This document shows positions 53,681 to 64,000 of a stretch of 64,000 nucleotides of DNA, piece after piece. How positions within the stretch are numbered: the stretch's first letter is position 1; the number at the start of each line of letters is the position of its first letter. This DNA is from the human T2T-CHM13v2.0 reference genome, Homo sapiens. Position numbers and translations under genes: made by a program. Below the pieces are notes generated by a model, which searched no databases, was not told the origin of the DNA, and saw only the letters and a program-made list of their open reading frames with translations. Location: NCBI RefSeq assembly GCF_009914755.1, contig NC_060928.1, one strand, 5' to 3'.

Positions 53681-55440
53681 CAAACTGGCAAAAATTAGAC
53701 CTATATGTTCTCTATCTATGAAAATATATACTTAAAACAGATAGCAACAGATATGTTAAAATATGATATGCATGTAAATGCATAGAAAATGCCGAACAGG
53801 TGAAAGAAGAGGGTTGAGATTTTGTATTTATGTTTGCTGACACATTTTTCTTTGTTACAGTCCTGCCCTTATCTGTTACTGACAATGTATTCATGTCTTG
53901 TACTAAAAAACATCAAATAGCAATAAGGAAATCCCTATAATATACAACACATTAATTTCTGATAAACACATGCACGTTATACCAATAAAACAAGAAAAAA
54001 TATACAACTTGAGGAAAAAATAAAGCAGTGATTTCAACGATTTAATCACAGGATTTATTTTTATACTTCCAAGAGGATGACCATATTTTCCTTTTGTATA
54101 GGGAATCACAAAAGATGAGTATGAGAATTAGGACATCAATTAAGAAAGATAGACGTGAAATTGTTACTTCCTCTTTTAGAAACACCCTTATGCCTAACCT
54201 TTTTCTTGAACCTAACAAGATGATTTTTTTCAGGGAGCTGAAAAAGGCAAATACAGAAAGGGAGAGGCTAGGGGCAAAAAAAAACTGAGAAATGTCAGGG
54301 ACATTGGTGTCATATGAATCATGAAACACAAAAATGCCTAGGATCTTCAATAACTAATAAACTCTCATGTTATAATAATCTTCATCATGCGTTTGCTAAT
54401 CTCAGTAAGGTAGTTTAATAACACCAAAAATAACTCATACTCTTAACCACATCAAGTTGTTTTAAACGAAGGCCCTTCAAAAATGAAGACATAAGCCCCT
54501 TGTTCTATTTGGATCAATGTGTCTGAGTACCTGCTTGATCCTTCTAAACCCTGTTTAATCTGAGGACATAGTTCTGTCTACTTGTCTTACATTACTGCCA
54601 CATCTATCTGATATACTTCTCTTTAAATAAAGTCACTTAAGAGCTTCTGCTCCCAAAGGACAAGTAAAACTTGTAGGCTTTTAGATAATGTTTCTGCAGT
54701 GGTAATATTGGGAGTGGGGAGATTCTATCAACAGTAGCTAACACATTTTCATAGGTTACGTCCTTCTAATCATTATTTCAAAAATGGGCCTTCTATTATG
54801 GAAACAACATATAGACATTGAGTTATTTTATAAGATACAGTAATTTTAAGAACATAGCAGATTGCAATAGTACTTTGGGCATTTATATTATTGCAACTCA
54901 TGTTCTTTTAATGGCAACCCAGCCACTAGACAACAGTAATGGTACATTCTGAAAGTATTAAACATCCGCAATTGAGAATTACTTTCTGAGGAAACAAGAA
55001 TTCATGAAAAAAATATTTTTTCCAAAAGAGTCCCTTGGTACTATTTAAAAAATGTGGTTCTAACTGGTTAAAAGGATAAATACTATCAATGAGGAAAAAT
55101 TTGAACAGAAGTAAAAACATTACCAGTCTAAGCTTAAATAAACAAACCAAACTTTCTCTACACAGCAACTTAAAGACAAGTGAAATCTGGACACACAGAC
55201 AGTATCTCTCTGCCTCACACAGATACACACACATTATCCTAATTTTAGATAGATGGATAGATGGATATCACATTTATGTATAGATATATATGTGGAGTAG
55301 AATCATTCTTAACCACTTTTAACTAAGCAGTTTTTGTGCCAGATAATTTTGCCGTTTTCTCTCCAAAGCATGATAGTTGCTCCCAGCACATTGAATGACT
55401 ACACCATTTCTTATGTGGTAAAAGCAAAATAGTACTGAAG

Positions 55441-55483
<43 letters not shown>

Positions 55484-55630
55484 AAGATATATATATTATA
55501 TATAAGATATATATTATATATAAGATATATCTATTATATATAATAGATATATATTATATATAAAAATATATGATATATATAATATATAAATATATATAAG
55601 ATATCTATATTATATATAAATATATATATT
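55441..55630. repeat. (TA)n plus about 19-bp AT-rich minisatellite
   Basis: (TA)n then ATAAGATATATATTATAT-like units. Confidence 0.9.
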
Positions 55631-56299
55631 CTTCAGAATCCATCAATTAAATTCTATTATTAACAAGAATCAATTATGTTTGTTCACAAACGAAACTTGT
55701 AGATGTGGGAAAAATAACCTTTTTTTAAAGCTATACATAATGCTTGTAAAAAACTCAAATGTGAGTTACCAAAAGAAAGTTAACAATGTGGGAAAGAAAT
55801 TGTAAACTTCTTTTTTTTTAATCACGAAAGTGAGTAAGAGTTTCAAATCAGGTTGCTATACATGAATATCTGTTCTTGTGACTGTGTTTGTCCTAAACGC
55901 CTTGAGTAAATACTATTTGTTACAGGGTAAGTATAATGAGTTTGTGTCTCTTCTTAGCAGTAAGCTCAGAAGTAGACAAGTGACTGAGTTCTAGCTTTTG
56001 GGATAGTTTTATCATTTTATAAGTGAACTCAGATGAACGAACCATGTTCTCTCTTTGGCGTCAGTGTATAAGAATGTAGCTCCTACTCTTTTTTGACCAT
56101 AAAGGAGGGAGATAACCATACAGAGGATGGCAGGGGCCAAAAGCAGGCAGTAGTTGGGTCCTTGAAAACATCGCTGAGATGCTAAATTAACCAAACTCTG
56201 CTGTACTTAGGAACATCTTATTTGAAACAATATATCTTATTGTTTGAGTTTTCTATTACTCCTTGCTGAAAGGATCCTACTGAGTACATTAATGGTAGG

Positions 56300-56460
56300 C
56301 CAGCATTTTTCAAATGTGTCTATATACTAGGCTTACTTGAGACATTAAAATGTAGCAATGCCCAATACACACCCTCAGCAGGGTAAATCACAATCGCCAG
56401 GCATTGGTGATTTAAAAATTTCTCCATTTGACTCCATTTTACAGCCCTTGTTCAGGAGCA
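56300..56460. mobile_element. MER5-type DNA transposon fragment, preceded by a probable MLT1 fragment at about 55930-56290
   Basis: CAGCATTTTTCAAATGTG...AAATCACAATC...CATTTTACAGCCC. Confidence 0.4.
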
Positions 56461-57436
56461 CATAGGTAGAAAGATGAGTTTTCTCTGCAGTACTATAAAG
56501 TCTTCGACTCAACTACCTCTTCTGTTAAATAAAAGAACAGATTTTTGGAGTCTGTGTAAGTTAAAGCTCTTAAGATCAGGAGAGCAGGCTGCCTCTTTAT
56601 TCTGTGTTGGAACTGCTTTATCTTTACTCCAGTGTCTCCAACTGAGCAAGTTTAAGTCACTACAGGCTCTTCTCTGTTTCTACCTTTGGAAACATCACTA
56701 CTGGGCAGAGTGGTCACTTTCTTAGGGAAAGAGTTGTTTATGCTTTCATTATGTGTGACATCACTTTTGACAACTGCTGTGTATTCATTGGGAAGAGGAG
56801 GGACTCAAACAAGACTGGCCATATGTTCATTAGGAAATAATTAACTTCATTTTTTGATAATGATAATTATCTTAAGTGCTTAAAATCCATATCTGTTTGT
56901 TTTTGTAGTTTTTAAATAACCAAACATGGAAATTTGCATGAGTTCCACTGCAGAAAAAGAAAAAAAAAGCTGCCGTTACCTTTTCAGCAACTTGAATTAT
57001 GGTAACTCAATTCTAGCTTTCCTGGAATTGTATTATAATACCTGTTTTTTAGGAGTGTCCCAAATAATTGATCTATTGATGGTGTTTTCTTTCTTTTCAT
57101 TTGACAACTGTTATTTCATTTGTTTGTTTATATCTTTAATGTTATTTCAATGAGATTTTTAAAAGAATTGTGATGAAGATGTGTTATATTTATGTTATTG
57201 GAGTCTTTTTAGGTTTCACCATATATTATAAAATGAACTATAATATAGCCACAACCAAAGTAATGCCAGGGATAACTAGTTATTTAATTACCTGTAACTG
57301 TAACTGTAATAGCTCTTATACATGTGGTTCAGATAGAAAGATAATTGATAGGTAGATAGATAGATGAATAGGTAGATAGATAGATGCCTTTATAAAGTAG
57401 ACAGAAAGCCTGTGAAGATAGAACTGGAGCTTCTTT

Positions 57437-57764
57437 TCTTTTCTTTTTATTTATTGTATTATTTGTCTTTTTTTTTCTTTTTTTTGCAGACAGAGTTTCA
57501 CTCTGTCACTCAGGCTCGAGTGCAGTGGTCCTTTCATCGCCACTCATCACCTTCCAGGTTCAAGCGATTCTCCTACCTCAGCCTGCTGAGTAGCAGGGAT
57601 TACAGGGCCTGCCACCAACCTGGATAATTTTTTTTTGTATTTTAAGTAGAGACGGGGTTTCTCCATGTTGGCCAGGCTGGTCTTGAACTCCTGACCTCAG
57701 GTGGTCTGCCCACCTCGTCCTCCCAATGTGTTGGAATTACAAGTGTGAGCCACCATGCCCAGCC
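57437..57764 (-). mobile_element. AluSx-type
   Basis: TSD CTGGAGCTTCTTT at 57424-57436 and 57769-57781. Confidence 0.92.
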
Positions 57765-58283
57765 AAAGCTGGAGCTTCTTTACAATCACTTCTGGGTGTT
57801 TGCAGAAGCAACTAGGATTGAGATCACATTTCTATATTCATCTTACTGTTTGTCCTTGCTGAAAGCCAGGTACACAGTATGAATGTGCCTGGCCTCTCAG
57901 GCAGAGCCAGTCACATCAAGGGGAAGGAAGAGGCCCTAACAAGCCAGGTGGAAGCTGGCTTGGCTGATATACCCACTTGCTAGAACTGTGCACATAAAGT
58001 GTCTTTCCAAGACAGCTGCTTTGCCATGAAGTTGACCCACAGTGGAGGAAGAGCCTCCAAGTATATTTATTTCCATCTCCTCTTCGAGTTGAAGCCTGAG
58101 TTTCTGCAACTTTAAGGATATCACAGGGCTTTTAAAGAGATATTTTAATTACTTTTTGTGATTTAATCTTTTTTTTTTTGATGTAGGGATAATCTATAAT
58201 GAGGCTTGATGTCTTTCTTCAATTTGCACAGTCCAGCAGAAATCAATGAAATTTGTGAATTGGGAAATGGAAAAATCCCTGTA

Positions 58284-60026
58284 TTTTCCCTCTTAGGCCT
58301 CTCGGCCCATGATGAGAGGGGCTGCCATGAAGGTCTTTGACATGTTCTGGAGACATTTTCCCTATTGTCATTACATATGCAAATTTCTGCAGTAAGCTAG
58401 AATTTCTCCCCAGAAAATGGGGTTTTCTTTTCTGTCTTTTTTTTTTTTTTTTTTTCGCCTAAATCAACACATCTTTATTAAACACCTGCAGTTACTGGGA
58501 GGAGGCGATGATGCTGGACACACTGTCAAAGTCAATCTTCTCTAGAGTATTCTAGGGTTTAATGCTCTCTTCCTGGTTACAGATGAAGATCGGCCCTGAC
58601 TCGTTAGCGCTCCAGCCATATTTGCTCATCTACACCTTTAGCTGGCTGGCTAACAGATCACCAAACATTTTACCAAGCAGCCAGCATCCCATGTGCTGGT
58701 AAGTGATACCCATGACATGGCAGATAAACTTTCAGACAGAGTCTTCAAAGCCGGTTATACCTTCCAACAGGACCATGTTTTCCTTGCCAGAAGGCCTGGA
58801 AGTGGCAAGTCTCCAACAAGTCCCCGAGGTGCAAAATCTGTTGGATTGCCTGCTCTTCTTGTTGTGCTGGTGGATCATGCACGTGGACAGGGTGAAGTTG
58901 GTGTGCGGCAGGTGTTGAGGGCCTTCAGCAGGATCTGGGCAGTGACCGTGGTCTGAAAAAATGCTAGGTTGAACTGGTACAGCTTTAGGACAGCCAGGTT
59001 GTCTTCTAGATCATAGGCATTCTCCTTGGCCTGCGTCTCCATGTAGTGTTCCAGGGTGGCCAGGATTGTATCTGTTGATGTCCTTAACCAACTTGCCCCC
59101 GTTGGCTCTCATTTGCTGAAATATGGCCATGACTACTGTCACCTTCCGCAACCAGGGCTGGAGGCTGACACTGGACCTGTATTGCATCCTCCAGGACTGG
59201 AAGGGGTGGGGTTTTCTTTTCTATTGCATCATCAGGCTGCATACTTTTCAAACTTTTATGCTGTGTTTCCTCTTAAATGATATGCAGTTTAGAAATTTTT
59301 CCCCACCATACCCTAAATCATCTCTCTCAAGTTCAAAGTTCCACAGATCTCTAGGGCAGGGGCAAAATGCTTCCAGTCTCTTTGCATGGCAGGAGGACCT
59401 GTACTCCAGTTCCCAACAAGTTTCTCATCTCCCTCTGAGAACACCTCAGCCTGGACCTTATTGTCTGTATCACTATCAACATTTTGGTTAAAGCCATTCA
59501 AGAAGTCTCTATGAAGTTCCAAACTTTGCCACATCTTCCAGTCTTCTTCTGAGCCCTCTAAACTTTTCCAACCACTGCTTGTTACCCAGTTCCAAAATTG
59601 CTTCCACATTGTCAGGTATCTTTACAGCAGTGCATCACTACCAAGTACAAATTTACTGTTCTCATGCTGCTAATAAAGACATACCTGAGACTGGGTAATT
59701 TATAAAGGAAAGGGGCGTAATTGACTTACAGTGCCCCAGGGGTAGGGAGGCCTCAGAAAGTTTATAATCATGGTGGAAGGGGAAGCAAACACATCCTTCT
59801 TCACATGGCAGCAGCAAGGAGAAGCGCAGAGTGAAGTGAGGAAATAGCCCCTTATAAAACCATCAGGTCTCATGAGAACTCACTCACTATCATGAGAACA
59901 GCATCATGGGGGTAACCAGCGCCATGATTCAATTACCTCCCACCAGGTCCCTCCCATGACATGTGGGGATTATGGGAATTAAAATTCAAAATGAGATTTG
60001 GGTGGGGACAAATCCACATTGTATTA
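58284..60026 (-). mobile_element. THE1C/D 5' half: LTR (59657-60026) plus 5' internal, interrupted by the EIF3K retrocopy
   Basis: ORF 59313..59609 MWKQFWNWVT... is MaLR internal; LTR TAATAAAGACATACCTGAGACTGGGTAATTTATAAAGGAAA. Confidence 0.92.
58434..59206 (-). pseudogene. EIF3K: Processed pseudogene of EIF3K (eIF3 subunit k)
   Basis: ATG at 59130 [14 protein letters not shown]..., [23 protein letters not shown], ...EKIDFDSVSSI.ASSQ, stop 58492-58494; intronless; AATAAA 58474-58479; poly(A); 16-bp TSD TGGGGTTTTCTTTTCT (58418-58433, 59207-59222); frameshifts. Confidence 0.96.
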
Positions 60027-60599
60027 GGTGCTATTCTCTAGACACTGGAAGCATCACTTCTGTAGGCCAACTGAGGTTAGGAAAACCTGGGCTTCATTGT
60101 TTCAAACACATTGACTGAGATATATACAGCCCCAAACTCAGGGTCACACAGCTTTCCTAGTAGGATGCTAACTTTGAAGAACAATTTTTACCAAGATGTG
60201 AATTATGAATTTAGCTTTTTCAGAAGTTCTTTTTTTATAATTAGTTTATAAAACTGATCTCCTGGCAGCACAGTCTGCTCTCTGAGATAAGAAGATATTG
60301 GTTTTCTGACAATCACAGTTAATTTGGGTATTGGCTTAGCTGAGTTCATCAATTTCCTGAAAGCACAGTTGTGCTAACGTGGACCATTCAATTTGACTAT
60401 CTCACAATTTTCATACTTCATACCTCTCAATTCTGAGAAATATCACATGTCAGTGAACCTCTATCCACTTCATCAAATCTCAATTATATTTAAAGTTTTA
60501 TCATTTGTAGTACAGCATGTTGACATATTCGACATTTTATTTAACCTTAAAAATATGGTTCCTATTGTGATCTGGTTAGTGGATAATCAAAATCAAAAT

Positions 60600-61140
60600 C
60601 TATTGCACCTTAAAGGAAACAATGAACAGAGTGAAGAGACAACCTAAAGAATGGGAAAAATATTTGCAAACTTTACATCTGATAAGCAGCTAACATCTAA
60701 AATATACTCAACTCAGTAGCAAAAAAAAAAGTATACCTGTTTACAGAATGTACAAAGGATCTGAGTAGACCTTTCTCAATAAAAGAAATACAAATGGCTA
60801 ACAGATATATGAAAAAATGCTCAACATCAATACTCATGAGAGAAATGCAAACTAAAACCACAATGATATATTGACATTTTACCTGTTTTTATCTGTTAGA
60901 ATGGCTATAATCAGAAAGAAAAAATATGACAAATGTTGGCAAAGATATAGAGAAAAGGTAACCCATGCACACTGGTAGGAATGTAAATCATAGATTTCTT
61001 TATGGAAAATGATACAACAGTTCCATGAAAAATTAAAAGAAGATCTACTATATGATTCAGCAATTCATCTTTTGAGCATATAACCAAATGAAATGAAATC
61101 AATATATTGATTAAAGAATTCCACTCTTAATATTCACTGC
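60600..61140 (+). mobile_element. Old L1MA/MB ORF2 3' fragment
   Basis: AACAGAGTGAAGAGACAACCT...GAAATGCAAACTAAAACCACAATG...CACACTGGTAGGAATGTAAA. Confidence 0.85.
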
Positions 61141-61228
61141 TGAGATAATTTTCAGTACCAACTATCTTAGGTCATATTCCTTTGAAATGATTTGTTAAGG
61201 AAGTGTTTCCATGAAAAAATCAGTAAAG

Positions 61229-61526
61229 GGCTGGGGGCAGTGGCTCACACCTGTAATCCCAGCACTTTGGGAGACTGAGATGGGAGGATCGCTTGAGCCC
61301 AGAAGTTTGAGGACAGCCTGGATGACAGAATGAGACCCCATCTCCACACACACACACACACACACACACACAATAGTAAAGGAAAAAATATAGCCAGGTG
61401 TGGTGGTACATGCCTGTAGTCCCAGCCACTCGGGTGCTGAGGTGGGAGGATCCATTGAGTTGGAAGGTCAAGGCTACAGTGATTGCACCACTGTACTCCA
61501 GCCTGGTGACAGATTGAGACACTGTC
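61229..61526 (+). mobile_element. AluJ with (CA)n in the central linker
   Basis: GGGAGGATCGCTTGAGCCCAG; (CA)n at 61346-61372. Confidence 0.9.
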
Positions 61527-61547
61527 AAAGAGAAAGAAAGAAAGAAA

Positions 61548-61603
<56 letters not shown>

Positions 61604-61760
61604 GAAAGAGAAAGAGAAAGAAGGAAAGAAAGAAAGAAGAAGAAGGAAAGAAAGAAAGAAAAAGAAAGAAGGAAAAAGAAAGAAAGAGAAAGAGAGGGAG
61701 AGAGACAGAGAAGGAAGGAAGGAAAAAGGAAGGAAGGACGGGTGGAAGGAAGGAAGGAAG
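61527..61760. repeat. (GAAA)n/(GGAA)n polypurine microsatellite from the Alu tail
   Basis: About 230 bp almost pure purine tract; source of spurious RKKE/FFLS ORFs. Confidence 0.95.
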
Positions 61761-62189
61761 GATTAGTAAAAGAGTAGAGATGGTAGGACATAAAAATAGA
61801 GAAAGCTACACATGAAGGAAGGAAAGAAACAAAGAAAGAAACAGCAGCAAAGGAGTAGAGATGGCAGGACATAAAAATGGAGAAAGCTAGATATGGGGTG
61901 ATCTCAGAGGAAAGCTTCACCTGGTCCTACAGGGTAATTATGAAATGAAAGCAGCCACAATAGTTGAAAAATGCTTTTATTGAAGTTTTAAAAATATTTC
62001 TTTAAATTATCAAAATGCAAAACAAAAAAAATTGAAAGATTAAAAATTGTAATATAGATATACAAAAATATATGTGTTATGTAGAAGAACAAAGTACAGA
62101 ATATCCTTAAGGTGATATTATATAAACACTTCTCTCAATTGAAATTCAAAAACAGTCAAAATAATTGATGAATTATAAGTTTGAGGCTA

Positions 62190-63800
62190 TTTTTCTTATT
62201 GATGTTTAGTTTATACACAGTCAAACTCAATATTTTTAGAAGTACCTTTAGATGAATTTTGACAAACATATACAGTTCTTTAATCATATAATCAATATGT
62301 AGAATGTTTCAATCAATGAAAAAATATCATCCACACACATTAGTTGCCATTCACTACTCTCTACACTCAGCCCCTAAAAACCACTAACCTTATTTCCATC
62401 CCTACAACATTGTAATTGTAGAGTGTCACAGAAATGAAATTATATGGTGTGTAGTTATTTGTGTCTGTTTTATTTTGCTTCACCCAGTTTATTTTATTTT
62501 ATTGTTTATATTTACCATATGAATATATTAGAATGTATTCTCTCCCTTAATATACATGCTAGAAATTCATCCACAAGAACTATTCACAGCATGAAAACCA
62601 TTCAGTTATGATGGACATTTGGGTTATTTTCATGGACTTTGAAAAATTGTGAATAATAACAATTCTAAACGTTTTGTGTTACTTTTTGTATGTAAACAAG
62701 TTTTTCTCCCCTTGGGTAAATTTAATTGCTAAGGCATAGGTGATTTTAGCCTTAAGGGATAAGTGTATGTTGAACACTATAAGTAAATGATTGATTGTTT
62801 TGTGGAGCAGCTATAAAATTCTCTGTATGTATGGATCTGTATGTATAAAAGAGAATAGAGAACTCAGAAACCCATGTAAAACGTTGGTTAACGTTGAGAG
62901 TTCTTTATATGTTTTAGAAATAAGTATTTTTTCATTGTTGATATCACAAGAATGGGAAAAAATGTTTGCCAACCCCAAACCTACAACAATGTTGTTTTTT
63001 CTTTTGCATTCTCTTTATATGGACTTTTGCAGAAAAAAATTTTCAATTTTGATGAAATGAAATTTAGATTGGTTTTCTTTTATGTATAGTTCTTTAAGTG
63101 TCATGTCTGAGAACCCTTCACCAAGATCTAGGTCCTGAAGATTTTCTCTGATGTTATTTCCTAAAAGTTTTGTAGGTTTGTATTTAAATTTAAATCTTTT
63201 TACCCAAGATTTTTATTATTTTTAATAAGATGTGAGATTTAAGTAAGGGTTTGATGGGGGAATGGCTAAGGATATTCAATTAATAAAGCACCATATGTTG
63301 AAAATGTTGTCCTCCATCCAATGCATTGATTTTTTACCTTTGTCCAAATCAGTTGGCTGTACTGAAGTGGCACTATTTCTGGGTTCTCTATGCTATTTTA
63401 TTAATCTATGGGTCTATTTCTTCACCAATAACACATAGGATGACTACTATAGCTATATGGCTTCAATTCATGTAAATTGATTGTTTCCACTATATATTTT
63501 TTCAAAACTGTTTACTTTCAAGTTTTTTTTTTAATGTCTTTCCCTAAATGCTTTAGAAAAATCCTATTTATATCTAAAAAAACTTTCTGAGGTTTTAGTA
63601 GAAATTGTCTTAAATCTGTATGTCTATTTGAGTAGACTTGACATTTTGGTTATTCATAGTCTTCTGACCCATGAACACAGCATGTCTCTCCACTTATTTA
63701 GATCTTCTTTGATTGCTTCTATCAGTGTTTTGCAGTTTCTGAAATAAATATCTTTTAAATGTTATTAGGTTTACACCTACTAGTTTTTTTCGAGTATAAT
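62190..63800 (-). mobile_element. Old L1M (MC/MD-like) 3' portion
   Basis: GATGAATTTTGACAAACAT...TGATGGACATTTGGG...GCACCATATGTTGAAAA...CCATGAACACAGCATGTCTCTCCACTTATTTAGATCTTC. Confidence 0.85.
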
Positions 63801-64000
63801 TATAAAATATTTGGAGTATTTCCGTTTTCTTTCTCCTACTGATTTCTAGGTTATTTCCATCACGTTCTAAACATATGCTTTTTATGATTCATGTTTTTAA
63901 AGTGCACTAAGTTTTTTGTATGGACCAACATATGATTTTGTTTTTGTTTTTAGTGAATAGTCCATGTATAATTAAAAAGAATAAGAACATATATTCTCCT

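Noticed and set aside
58693-59491. Plus-strand ORFs over the EIF3K copy
   Set aside because: Antisense frames of a pseudogene and THE1 internal sequence. The sense frame hits TGA soon after the first frameshift.
61400-61920. 125-aa and 131-aa ORFs (RKKE / FFLS rich)
   Set aside because: Translations of an Alu and a GAAA microsatellite.

Overview
AT-rich primate (human-like) non-coding DNA. I see no host protein-coding exon, CpG island, tRNA/rRNA gene or CRISPR array. Most of the window is interspersed repeats. Repeat subfamily names and parent-gene matches come from remembered consensus sequences, not a database search, and coordinates of the old repeats are approximate. The centrepiece is a 5.8-kb internally deleted ERV3/HERV-R-group provirus (29876-35711). 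It has two LTRs, a GATG target-site duplication, a tRNA-Arg primer binding site, gag/pol/env remnants and a near-consensus p53 site in each LTR, and it sits inside an old L1 that also hosts a MADE1, an L1PA and two Alu-type inserts. The env deletion leaves a stop-free 128-codon signal-peptide plus SU N-terminus ORF behind a good splice acceptor, a candidate secreted mini-Env. Other retroposition products are an EIF3K processed pseudogene inside a THE1 element, a 33-nt tailless U2 snRNA copy, a polyadenylated LTR-like retrocopy, and a twin-primed (5'-inverted) L1PA3 inside MER50. There are also two non-overlapping THE1 halves in opposite orientation (possible 13.5-kb inversion), a 21-nt locally templated insertion and several tandem duplications. 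Nothing here is a demonstrably new biological system. The mini-Env ORF is the best lead.
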